Positions 20,377 to 28,396 of a DNA stretch of 64,000 nt are shown piece after piece. Origin of the DNA: a virus; the IMG/VR virus record IMGVR_UViG_3300042382_000102, positions 16,336 to 80,335 of that record. The stretch is one strand, 5' to 3'. The notes beneath the pieces are model-generated. The model saw nothing but the letters and a program-made list of their open reading frames with translations. It made no database searches and was not told the origin of the DNA. The stretch's first letter is position 1; each line of letters starts with the position of its first letter. The position numbers and the translations under genes were made by a program.

Positions 20377-20925
20377 TTAAATTGTTAGGGGTAGCCATAG
20401 CCATATAGCTTGTGACATTAAGAATGCTGCTACAGCACCTACTCCAATACTTGCTTGGAATAATTTTCTATTAACTGCTAGTATAGAAGCAGTAAGCAAT
20501 ACAATAGCAATCTGGAATAATGATCCAGCGTATGTATAAAACGGTGAACGCTGTTTAGCTACTGTTCTTTCAGCCTCTAGCTTACGAGCTTTAGCCATAA
20601 GTTCTTTCTTACCTTCACCTGTAGAAGGTTCTGACTCATATCTATCTATTTTCTTTTGAAGCTCTGCGGCTTTCTTAATGTTGCCTCTAGCTAATGCATT
20701 CTCTTGAGAGATCTCAGCTAGGCGACTCTTGATATCTTTAGATTGGTAGAATGACCATGTGTTATTAGCATCAATTGTGTTGTTGAGTACTTTAGAACTA
20801 TTAGATCCACCCATTAAGGTGTTAATAGCAAGCAATGCAGCAAGCACTGTAATAACCCATCCAGCCTTATCTTTTAAGAGGGCTTCTCTCTCGCTTCTAC
20901 TTAAAGGTTTAGTTTCTTCTGTCAT
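20377..20925 (-). CDS. DUF4337-like membrane protein
   Basis: ANNTWSFYQSKDIK motif; N- and C-terminal TM helices. Confidence 0.65.
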   Translation of the reverse strand: MTEETKPLSRSEREALLKDKAGWVITVLAALLAINTLMGGSNSSKVLNNTIDANNTWSFYQSKDIKSRLAEISQENALARGNIKKAAELQKKIDRYESEPSTGEGKKELMAKARKLEAERTVAKQRSPFYTYAGSLFQIAIVLLTASILAVNRKLFQASIGVGAVAAFLMSQAIWLWLPLTI

Positions 20926-20932
20926 AGTGTCC

Positions 20933-21085
20933 TTAGAAAGGTAAGTATTTAGCAATTAGCCCATTAACAATTCTGTCTGATAGGTCGTCAGGTAGGAACT
21001 TAAGAAAACCTAGAAAGTATAGGCCTACAGCACCATAGCAGAATATCTTTAAACATAAGTCGAAGGTCTTTTGATACTCGTTCAT
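20933..21085 (-). CDS. Small membrane protein (50 aa)
   Basis: MNEYQKTFDLCLKIFCYGAVGLYFLGFLKFLP...; ATGA-coupled to upstream ORF. Confidence 0.55.
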   Translation of the reverse strand: MNEYQKTFDLCLKIFCYGAVGLYFLGFLKFLPDDLSDRIVNGLIAKYLPF

Positions 21086-21579
21086 CGTCCACACCTATTG
21101 CCTACTTGACAGTATTGCATTAGCTCGTAACCACCAATAACCATTATAAATAATACAAAGGAAACTACACTTAAAATAATAGCTAACTCATTTAGTTCTT
21201 CTTCTTTTTGTTTACGTTTCCGTTCATTAGCATTAAATAGTCTTAACTCTTGAGCATCGTCAGCATCCATCTCAGCTTGACGAGCCTTAATTTTATTCCA
21301 CACATCTATCTTACCTGTTTGCATAAAAAGCATTTTAAGCTCTTCTTCGAATGCCCTAGCTTGTTCTAGAGCCATCTCGATCTGGAGAGCCGTTCCCATA
21401 TTGGAACCCTTGCCACTTTTCTTAGCCTCTATCAAGGCTTTAGTAGCAGTACTCTTAGCATCAAACATCTTGCCTATCATAGGTGCAAGAGAACCTAGGT
21501 CATTAGCTACTTTACTAGCTTTCTTAACCATTGATATAGCTGACTGTATGCCAGCAAGAGCCGTTAGCGGATCAATCAT
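21082..21579 (-). CDS. Hypothetical coiled-coil protein with C-terminal TM helix
   Basis: 165-aa ORF, tightly packed in lysis cluster. Confidence 0.65.
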   Translation of the reverse strand: MIDPLTALAGIQSAISMVKKASKVANDLGSLAPMIGKMFDAKSTATKALIEAKKSGKGSNMGTALQIEMALEQARAFEEELKMLFMQTGKIDVWNKIKARQAEMDADDAQELRLFNANERKRKQKEEELNELAIILSVVSFVLFIMVIGGYELMQYCQVGNRCGR

Positions 21580-21731
21580 TTTCTTTTTTCCTTATCCGTT
21601 TTGTCGTTGTTCTTCCACTTTAAACAACTAACCTTACGGTTATAAGGAGGACCTTGCCATGTCCATCTCTCGCATTGAGGAAGGCGGGGGTCATAACCAG
21701 CTAACACTAAGGTAAGAAGAATAGTAGACAT
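21576..21731 (-). CDS. Small hypothetical protein (51 aa)
   Basis: MSTILLTLVLAG...CERWTW...CLKW; abuts endolysin stop and overlaps next start. Confidence 0.5.
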   Translation of the reverse strand: MSTILLTLVLAGYDPRLPQCERWTWQGPPYNRKVSCLKWKNNDKTDKEKRK

Positions 21732-22346
21732 TTACACACCGAGTACATGGAGTGCATGTGCATAGTGCTTTTTACGGTCCTCGATACCAATGGTACCTCC
21801 GTTAATTTTTCTTGTTAATGTCTCTATATCGCCTTGATCTGCCCATTTATTTAAGTTATTAGTTTCCCAGAACCAGCAAGCACTCTGTGCAGCACCCTCA
21901 AAGGTACTCATGTACTCACTAGCTTCTTCTGCGGAAATACCAATAGACTCAGCAAACCAAAAATAATTATCTTTACCTGTTAACTGGATTAGGCCTCTAC
22001 CAGAGTACCTATATCCATCTCCTGAAGCCTCATCCCCATTACCCATACGATTAGCATAAACCTTATTAGCAATAGCTTCAGGCTTCTGAGCGAACTGTTT
22101 AGCAAGTTCATCTGTAGGGAAATATTTAGGGAATATCTTACGGAGTGTCTCCCAACGATAGTTGAGATTTTCTTTAATCATTGTGAACTCACCTGACTCA
22201 TGAGCGCATTGAGCAACAAATGCTGCTATACGCTTCTCATTATCAATACCATAGTCTGGTAGGAGTTGTTCTAAGGCATTATGCCAGTACGTAACATGCT
22301 TGTTCTTTGGGATAAGCTGTTTAAGTTGGTCTAGTGTTAGATTCAT
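21732..22346 (-). CDS. Endolysin, glycoside hydrolase family 19
   Basis: AQCAHES, ENLNY, YSGRGLIQLTGKDNY, SACWFW, TRKINGG motifs. Confidence 0.93.
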   Translation of the reverse strand: MNLTLDQLKQLIPKNKHVTYWHNALEQLLPDYGIDNEKRIAAFVAQCAHESGEFTMIKENLNYRWETLRKIFPKYFPTDELAKQFAQKPEAIANKVYANRMGNGDEASGDGYRYSGRGLIQLTGKDNYFWFAESIGISAEEASEYMSTFEGAAQSACWFWETNNLNKWADQGDIETLTRKINGGTIGIEDRKKHYAHALHVLGV

Positions 22347-22606
22347 TTAAGTGCCTCAAAAAGTTTCTTTTGTTCGATATACCACTCATTCCAAGCATCT
22401 AGGCGGATAGCACATATGTGATATTCAGCATAGTTATGCAGAATAGTCTTAGTAAGCTCTGATAGTTCAGGCTTAGAGTCAGCCTCTTTTAACTTAGCAC
22501 ATGCCACAGTTAGCTGACTAGGTACCTCTGGGAACTTAGCTACAACAGGTACTGTAGTAGAGCATCCTGATATCGTTAACAATAGAATAGCTAATAGGTA
22601 TTTCAT
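22343..22606 (-). CDS. o-spanin (Rz1-like lipoprotein)
   Basis: Lipobox LTISG-C; Pro/Cys pattern; adjacent to i-spanin and endolysin. Confidence 0.75.
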   Translation of the reverse strand: MKYLLAILLLTISGCSTTVPVVAKFPEVPSQLTVACAKLKEADSKPELSELTKTILHNYAEYHICAIRLDAWNEWYIEQKKLFEALK

Positions 22607-22992
22607 TGTGTAACTGCCTTATTATGTATAGTTATAACCTCTGGAGGAATCTTACATTGATCATTGTATTTAATTATCTCACGATCAACATATTGTATTT
22701 GGCCTTCAACAACCTGTTTAACAATTAATTCTTTATTAACAACTTTTGTTACTATTTTAGTATTAACTATTGCTTTCTTAGCATCTAACTCAGCTACCTT
22801 CTTTTCAAGTTCAGTAACTCTGTCTTGCCATACTTTATCAGCAGTCTTATAACCGATTAGAAATAAAGATGCAAAGATTAATCCCACAGCAATAGGTCTG
22901 TAAGTCTCAAATTCCTTTACTAACCATCCAAACAACCCTACCATTAGGGTAATAAACAATAGCCAAGTAGGTATATAGTTTAATATAAACAT
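22603..22992 (-). CDS. i-spanin (Rz-like)
   Basis: N-terminal TM segments, coiled coil, C-terminal Cys. Confidence 0.7.
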   Translation of the reverse strand: MFILNYIPTWLLFITLMVGLFGWLVKEFETYRPIAVGLIFASLFLIGYKTADKVWQDRVTELEKKVAELDAKKAIVNTKIVTKVVNKELIVKQVVEGQIQYVDREIIKYNDQCKIPPEVITIHNKAVTQ

Positions 22993-23010
22993 TTAAATCC
23001 TTTAAAAGAA

Positions 23011-23083
23011 GAGTGATAGTGGGAGTCGAACTCACATTCCGAAGCAATTAAATCCTCGATTCTACCGATTGAATTATACCACT
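23011..23083 (-). tRNA. Degenerate tRNA-like gene (nominal anticodon TAA; probably pseudo or undetermined)
   Basis: AGTGGTA/TATCACT acceptor, ATTC/GAAT D stem, GTTCGACTC T loop; mismatches in anticodon and T stems, U at 37, no CCA. Confidence 0.6.
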
Positions 23084-23086
23084 CTA

Positions 23087-23130
23087 GTGACGCCTTTTAC
23101 TGTAGCGACAACAGCCCTAAGGTGGGATCA
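23087..23130 (-). ncRNA. Possible H-type pseudoknot RNA element
   Basis: GCTGT-TGTCGCT-ACAGT stem whose loop can pair with downstream GGCGTCA; intergenic. Confidence 0.3.
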
Positions 23131-23271
23131 TGCTGAATACCTCATGAACTTAATCACTTGGCTACCAGAGGGTTATTTAAATTTGTTTGTCCACTTAACT
23201 ACCCATGCTAATCAATAGCCATGGTTACTTACCTTTAGGCTTAGGTGGTTTTTTCTTTTTATTGTTATACA

Positions 23272-23490
23272 TTATTTTTTCTCTTTTTGAGGATATAGAA
23301 TATCTGATTGTTTATCAAAACAATATTTTGTAATAGTTGTTGTATTATTTACTACCATGTTAGCCCAAGCTGTTTGAGCATCAATAAAGTCATTGGCTAC
23401 TTTATTTAAAGTGGTATCAGTAATGACCTTATTAGTAAAGTCATGCTTAAGACTCTGAAAAGAGTTAATATAAAATTGAGGTGTAAACAT
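23272..23490 (-). CDS. Hypothetical protein, possibly phasin-like amphipathic helical protein
   Basis: 72 aa with AAGGA RBS; family call weak. Confidence 0.5.
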   Translation of the reverse strand: MFTPQFYINSFQSLKHDFTNKVITDTTLNKVANDFIDAQTAWANMVVNNTTTITKYCFDKQSDILYPQKEKK

Positions 23491-23499
23491 ATAGTTCCT

Positions 23500-24825
23500 T
23501 TAAAACATAAAACCTTTAGTGACTGTCTTAGTACCTGAACGAACAGGGAATAAGTATTCAACAGCATACCTTAGTGCATCTGTCCAATGTTCTACATTTT
23601 CAGACTTAGATATTTGTGCTGTATTAGGGTTATTCTCAACCCATACAGTTCTTTCAAGGGATCGAATTGTGTGTTCTGCTCGTGGATGAATATACATGTC
23701 TATATCACCATTAGCATTCTTAAATTTACGATTAACAGCAGCTACAGAGTCAACAATAGGAGGAGCAGCTCTATGTGCTCTACAGACAATGCCATAACTC
23801 TCTAAGATAGAGAAGTCAGTGGCTCCAGCAACAGCACTAGTTTTTCTAGCACGTCCTGCAGGATCTGGATAAGCAAATATCCTGTGTCCCTTGTCCTTAA
23901 ATTGTGTCTTAAGCTTTTTAGCTAATTGTTCAGTATCGAGTACATTCTGCATATCCTCTAAGATATGTATTTGTCCAGCTCTAACAGCAAATACTACTGC
24001 GGCCATAATACCAATGTTAAAGTCGATAGCTACATGTACATCTTCTTTGTTTGCTGTCTCTACATTGAAGTAAGGGAGATCAGCAGTAACATGAGTCTTA
24101 CGATCAAACATGTAGAATACCTTAGCACCTGAGTCTTCAAAGGAACACTCATACTCTCGAGCAAACTTCATAGGATCGATTAAACGCTTAGTTCTCTCAA
24201 TCTCTTGTACAGATAAATATGGAGAGTCTCTGTAAGTATATCTAAAGGTTTTCCAACGATTATCCATTGTCTCAAAGTTAGTCATGTCATAAAAGTAATT
24301 CATACCTTTAGGAGTACCAATAATGAGAGCCTTGTGATTACCTGCCCAACGTGTAGTCATGGCAGGTTGAATGATAGATTCCCAAGACTCTTTAAGTCCT
24401 GGTTGACCTGTCCAGTCAGAGACCTCATCTCCAACAACAAAGTATTGACCTGATCCTCGCATCCTCTCAGATGCTTCATAAGACCATAACTTAAGCTTAA
24501 CATTATTTGGAAACCAAAATGTTCCAGCTGTCTGGGAAGACTTTTCAGCATAATCCTCTAGACCTAAGTTATAGGCTAATAGTGGCCAATAAATATCTAA
24601 TGACTGTTGATATGTAGGGCAGATGATAGACACATTCTTATTAGGAACATCCTGATCCATCTCCAGTAACTCATGCACAGCCATTGTAGCAGCAACACTA
24701 GCAAGGTAACTTTTACCAAAGCCTCGTGAGGCAACTGTGGCAGCATATCTTGTGCCGCCTTTCTCAGAGAATAAATACTTTAATACTTCTGACTGACCTC
24801 TGTGTAATTTAATTTCATTTGACAT
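23500..24825 (-). CDS. terL: Terminase large subunit
   Basis: Walker A ASRGFGKS, Walker B VVGDE, coupling GTPKG, FAREYECSF, nuclease IDFN and HWTDALRY. Confidence 0.93.
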   Translation of the reverse strand: MSNEIKLHRGQSEVLKYLFSEKGGTRYAATVASRGFGKSYLASVAATMAVHELLEMDQDVPNKNVSIICPTYQQSLDIYWPLLAYNLGLEDYAEKSSQTAGTFWFPNNVKLKLWSYEASERMRGSGQYFVVGDEVSDWTGQPGLKESWESIIQPAMTTRWAGNHKALIIGTPKGMNYFYDMTNFETMDNRWKTFRYTYRDSPYLSVQEIERTKRLIDPMKFAREYECSFEDSGAKVFYMFDRKTHVTADLPYFNVETANKEDVHVAIDFNIGIMAAVVFAVRAGQIHILEDMQNVLDTEQLAKKLKTQFKDKGHRIFAYPDPAGRARKTSAVAGATDFSILESYGIVCRAHRAAPPIVDSVAAVNRKFKNANGDIDMYIHPRAEHTIRSLERTVWVENNPNTAQISKSENVEHWTDALRYAVEYLFPVRSGTKTVTKGFMF

Positions 24826-25029
24826 TTAAACGTATAAGTCTACACTATCCTTAGTTAAGACACCCTTTTTATTCTTTGCATTAATCTCTTCAAGTTTTCG
24901 ATAGAACTCTGCTATCTCCATTCTAGCTTGGAGGCCTTCTCGGAATACTTTATCAGAAGCTTCCTTGAGTGCATTGTATTGTTCTTGGTACTTCTTTATG
25001 CTGTATTCAGCAGGTGGTTGGACTCTCAT
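24826..25029 (-). CDS. Hypothetical protein
   Basis: 67 aa with AAGGA RBS between TerS and TerL. Confidence 0.6.
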   Translation of the reverse strand: MRVQPPAEYSIKKYQEQYNALKEASDKVFREGLQARMEIAEFYRKLEEINAKNKKGVLTKDSVDLYV

Positions 25030-25095
25030 AGCTTATCCTTAAAAATGTATACTTTATTACTAAAAAACTAATATCTAATTAATTTGTATACTTTA

Positions 25096-25494
25096 TTATT
25101 CGTTTGTAAACACAATTTTAAGAGGCTTTTTGTCCTCAATCACTTGTTCGGTCTTCTCAGGAACCTGTCTATAACCATAGCGCATTAACGTGTTCATGAC
25201 ATTGGTTTGTATGTTAAGTAGGTTAGCCATAGCAACAGCAGAGAACCTTGTCTTGCCTTCTTCCATGTCCGTAACCTTATCCTGTACAGTGTAGTAGTGC
25301 TCCACTAGCTTCTCAATAGGATCAAATCCCAATGTCTGAAGCTTCTTAACAGACTCCTTAGAGTATATAGTGGTAGTTCCCTTTGGACGTCCTTGTCCAG
25401 GTCGCAAGCCTCCACGCTGACCATAAGTAGTTCTAGCTTTATAGTCTTTACTCGTGGGATCAGGTGAAGACACTTTTTCATCAGTGTCTGACAT
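25096..25494 (-). CDS. Terminase small subunit (putative)
   Basis: GGLRPGQGRPKG motif; upstream of TerL. Confidence 0.65.
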   Translation of the reverse strand: MSDTDEKVSSPDPTSKDYKARTTYGQRGGLRPGQGRPKGTTTIYSKESVKKLQTLGFDPIEKLVEHYYTVQDKVTDMEEGKTRFSAVAMANLLNIQTNVMNTLMRYGYRQVPEKTEQVIEDKKPLKIVFTNE

Positions 25495-25497
25495 AGT

Positions 25498-25797
25498 TTA
25501 TTTTCCTTGCATTGGGTTCTTGGAGTTGCGTCTAGCTACTGGTTTAGCAGGAGTCTTAACAACAGGAACAATATTATTGCTGTGTAATTGGATCTTTAGA
25601 TCAGAGATCATAGTGAGTAACTCATCTTTATCTCTAAGCAGTTTGTCAACTTTACCCTCTAACTTCTTCACCTCTGACATAAGCAGATTAGTGAGCATAT
25701 CATGGGCCTCTTGGCGCTGCTTATCTTTGTTATGGAGGTAGGTCCAGAAGGCACCAGTACTTAACACAACAATAGCCACTTGTACGATTGATTCCAT
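25498..25797 (-). CDS. Membrane-anchored coiled-coil protein, first late gene
   Basis: N-terminal TM helix plus coiled coil; AAGGA RBS before MESIVQ. Confidence 0.6.
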   Translation of the reverse strand: MESIVQVAIVVLSTGAFWTYLHNKDKQRQEAHDMLTNLLMSEVKKLEGKVDKLLRDKDELLTMISDLKIQLHSNNIVPVVKTPAKPVARRNSKNPMQGK

Positions 25798-25895
25798 TTT
25801 AATTCCTTTAATTTTGGCGATTTCTATACACATCGGGAGGTACCCTCTATTGGTCGGGAGCCAATAGTACCTCTACACAAATGTTACAGAAACAT

Positions 25896-26003
25896 CTAAA
25901 ATAATATTTTAAAGTACTTTTTAAAGTACTCCTTAAAAATATTTTATAATATTATTTTAATAATAACAACAATAACAATAATAATTTAAATATTATTATA
26001 GTT
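25896..26003. repeat. Very AT-rich low-complexity tract with short direct repeats
   Basis: TTTTAAAGTACT twice in tandem; AAT/AAC triplet run; non-coding. Confidence 0.6.
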
Positions 26004-26033
26004 AACCCCCTAAATCCCCCTTTTGGGTAGGAC

Positions 26034-26056
26034 TCTCTCTTTAGCGTCACCTGGTC
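26034..26056 (-). promoter_or_regulatory. Phage RNAP promoter (SP6-like), copy 2, heading the late operon
   Basis: GACCAGGTGACGCTAAAGAGAGA. Confidence 0.8.
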
Positions 26057-26065
26057 TTTTTTGAC

Positions 26066-26142
26066 AAAAAAAAAAAGAATTACCCCTCCAGAGTACCCTC
26101 TAACCACCCCCGAAGGAGCAGCTAAAGAGTACCCTGGAGGGG
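26066..26142 (-). terminator. 28-bp RNA hairpin with C(UUCG)G loop followed by T11
   Basis: CCCCTCCAGGGTACTCTTTAGCTGCTCC-TTCG-GGGGTGGTTAGAGGGTACTCTGGAGGGG; all non-Watson-Crick pairs are G-U. Confidence 0.8.
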
Positions 26143-26155
26143 ATCTTTTGGCTAA

Positions 26156-26629
26156 TCATGCATAAAACACATGATTGCCTATTGTTACAGTTTTAGTAAC
26201 TTTACTAGCCCACTTTGGTAGGACATAGTGAGCATGATAGAAGATAGAACCATTTGTAGGATCTTTTAGCTTCCCTTGAACGTAGTTAGATGCAATAGCA
26301 TGAGCTAACTCGTATCTCTTCCTGTCTTTAGGTGAGTGGTTCTTTAGTAGTTTAACCCAAGAGAACTGATTGGGTTGATAGACTACTTGGCAAATAGAGG
26401 TTGGATACCCCTGTGATAAGAGTCTATTGATCGTGACAGCTGCAACAGCTATCTGACCCTTTATTGACTCTCCCCTAGCTTCATGGTAAATGTTATGAGC
26501 TAGGCAGTCTACTTCTTTTTTAGGTTGAAACCCTAGATTAAAGAGTTTCGTGTTAATTGAATCTAGTGCTGTGACAGTAGATAATTGTAGAGGAAAAAGA
26601 AGTAGCATTATTAGTGCTAACTTGTTCAT
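26156..26629 (-). CDS. Cell wall hydrolase, SleB/Hydrolase_2 family
   Basis: CLAHNIYHEARGE, AVTINR, QFSW, FYHA, IGNHVFY; signal-like N-terminus. Confidence 0.9.
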   Translation of the reverse strand: MNKLALIMLLLFPLQLSTVTALDSINTKLFNLGFQPKKEVDCLAHNIYHEARGESIKGQIAVAAVTINRLLSQGYPTSICQVVYQPNQFSWVKLLKNHSPKDRKRYELAHAIASNYVQGKLKDPTNGSIFYHAHYVLPKWASKVTKTVTIGNHVFYA

Positions 26630-26640
26630 TTTGATCTCTC

Positions 26641-26663
26641 TTTCTCTTTAGCGTCCCCTGGTA
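26641..26663 (-). promoter_or_regulatory. Phage RNAP promoter (SP6-like), copy 3
   Basis: TACCAGGGGACGCTAAAGAGAAA directly upstream of the SleB-like gene. Confidence 0.8.
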
Positions 26664-26666
26664 GTT

Positions 26667-26888
26667 TTAGCTGATAAAGACAGCCTTTGCCTGTTTATTA
26701 AATGGGTAACTATTGTTAGGAGTTACTAGCTCATGAGGTCCATAATACCACTCATTGTTAATGTCTAATGCAATTGTGCATGGACCAGTTCCTGCGATCT
26801 CAGTAACCCCTCCCTCATAACCAGCCTTAACGACTATTACTTCAGGGTCTAATTTACTAAGTTGTTCGATTAATTCTTTAACTTTCAT
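26667..26888 (-). CDS. Hypothetical protein
   Basis: MKVKELIEQLSKLDP N-terminus common in small phage proteins. Confidence 0.6.
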   Translation of the reverse strand: MKVKELIEQLSKLDPEVIVVKAGYEGGVTEIAGTGPCTIALDINNEWYYGPHELVTPNNSYPFNKQAKAVFIS

Positions 26889-27063
26889 AGTCTAGTCCTA
26901 GTTCCCTAGCATCCTCAGCTTTCTTCTCTAAAGCATCCTGAGCTTTATCGAAAGCAAAGTCACGTTCTTTGTCACCTTTATCACGACCAAAGATCAAATC
27001 CCACCTAGCTTCATACTGTTCTTGAGCCACACTAAATGGCCTTGGCTTAGATCCTTTACTCAT
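26878..27063 (-). CDS. Hypothetical protein
   Basis: MSKGSKPRPFSV...WDLIFG; tightly packed ORF. Confidence 0.6.
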   Translation of the reverse strand: MSKGSKPRPFSVAQEQYEARWDLIFGRDKGDKERDFAFDKAQDALEKKAEDARELGLDYES

Positions 27064-27066
27064 ATC

Positions 27067-27591
27067 TTAATCCCATAGTGCTTGATAATATTTGCCAAAT
27101 AGCCTAAATCCGTTTTGGATTCTAGCCTCGTGTTTTTCTAGACCTTCCATGTCTATTTTGAATGTATCGTTGGGTCCTCTTACCATCTCAGAATAAAATG
27201 GATATTCTTTTGATTTAATAAACTGGAGATCATGTGTTCCTGAATAGAACTTTTTATCATGATCAATATCAATTTTAGTACTAAATGACCAAATCATTTC
27301 ATCTAAAATCCAGTCCCATCGCTTAAACCAATTTTCATCTGTATCCCACTCGTTTTCTTTAGGTGGGGCACTTGTACTTTTAAGATAATCAGGTACGTCA
27401 TCATCATCTATATTAGGACTACCCTGTTTCTTTTCTTTAAGCAAAAGAAGAGCAGGATGAATAATATAAGCTAATGTATGATCTAAACTCCAGATATCAT
27501 AGTTGTCAATTGTGACATCAATCTCTCGATCAAGGTCATCGTCACGGTATTCACCAATTAATACTTTCATACTAAATCTAAATTTTCCCAA
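27067..27591 (-). CDS. Conserved phage hypothetical protein
   Basis: DIWSLDHTLAYII...WDWILDEMIWSF...GFRLFGKYYQALWD. Confidence 0.7.
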   Translation of the reverse strand: MGKFRFSMKVLIGEYRDDDLDREIDVTIDNYDIWSLDHTLAYIIHPALLLLKEKKQGSPNIDDDDVPDYLKSTSAPPKENEWDTDENWFKRWDWILDEMIWSFSTKIDIDHDKKFYSGTHDLQFIKSKEYPFYSEMVRGPNDTFKIDMEGLEKHEARIQNGFRLFGKYYQALWD

Positions 27592-27914
27592 AGTTCAGGT
27601 ACACAACAAATTAGTAGTTCATTCTTTGAGTAACGATAGAATACAAGACGACTAGGTACTCCAATACTATTATTAAGAATATCAAATACTTCTTCACAAA
27701 ACTGGCCTATATACATAGTACCATTAATAACAGCCTTTATCATATGATGATTATTTTTTGTATAAAATTCGGTGACAAAAGAGACTAAACAATTTTCATA
27801 TGTTTCAAATAGTTTATATGAGCCAGATACATATTTAGTTGTGCTATCGATTTTATGCATTTTACTTTCCTTATTAAATAATTTTTGCTGAGATAAGATC
27901 ACCTGTACTATCAA
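27567..27914 (-). CDS. Hypothetical protein
   Basis: ORF track; start probably MHKIDS. Confidence 0.5.
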   Translation of the reverse strand: MIVQVILSQQKLFNKESKMHKIDSTTKYVSGSYKLFETYENCLVSFVTEFYTKNNHHMIKAVINGTMYIGQFCEEVFDILNNSIGVPSRLVFYRYSKNELLICCVPELWENLDLV

Positions 27915-28170
27915 ACTCTAACTCAAGATTTTCTATTTCACCATGAGTAGCTACTTTAAATATAGGTGCTCTGCCAATCTGGATTACATTATACCTATAA
28001 ATTTTGTTTTTAGGCGTTTCTCTATACTCTACATTTTCATTAAAGCTAGGGAAATTACCACCCATTACTGATAGTCTAGGCACATCAACCCATTCGCCTA
28101 AGCTATAGTACTGAATTTGCTTATCTTCTAGATAGGCAATAATTAAATCATGATGAGGATGAATTTTCAT
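27874..28170 (-). CDS. Hypothetical protein
   Basis: ORF track; dense minus-strand cluster. Confidence 0.55.
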   Translation of the reverse strand: MKIHPHHDLIIAYLEDKQIQYYSLGEWVDVPRLSVMGGNFPSFNENVEYRETPKNKIYRYNVIQIGRAPIFKVATHGEIENLELEFDSTGDLISAKII

Positions 28171-28396
28171 ACATTTCCTGTGTAATATAGTTGTTTTTCA
28201 TTAGCTGATTCCTTACATCGGTAGGTAAGAAATAAACACCATCATAGTCTTCTAGTTGCATATCTTTATCAAACCAAAGACCACCTCCATTTTCGTCACC
28301 AAAAATCTTATCTTCAAACCAACCATATCTAGCGTCAGTATTAATCCATATCTCAAACTTATTAGTTGAGAGGTTTACGTTGTACGAATTCAACAC
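28148..28396 (-). CDS. Hypothetical protein
   Basis: GGGLWF...LEDYDGVYFLP motif; GGAGG RBS. Confidence 0.6.
   Translation of the reverse strand: MLNSYNVNLSTNKFEIWINTDARYGWFEDKIFGDENGGGLWFDKDMQLEDYDGVYFLPTDVRNQLMKNNYITQEMYENSSSS

Noticed and set aside
23040-23058. Reading the tRNA-like element as an ochre (TTA anticodon) suppressor implying stop-codon recoding
   Set aside because: Centering TTA breaks the anticodon stem; TAA is the main stop codon and genes are intact in the standard code
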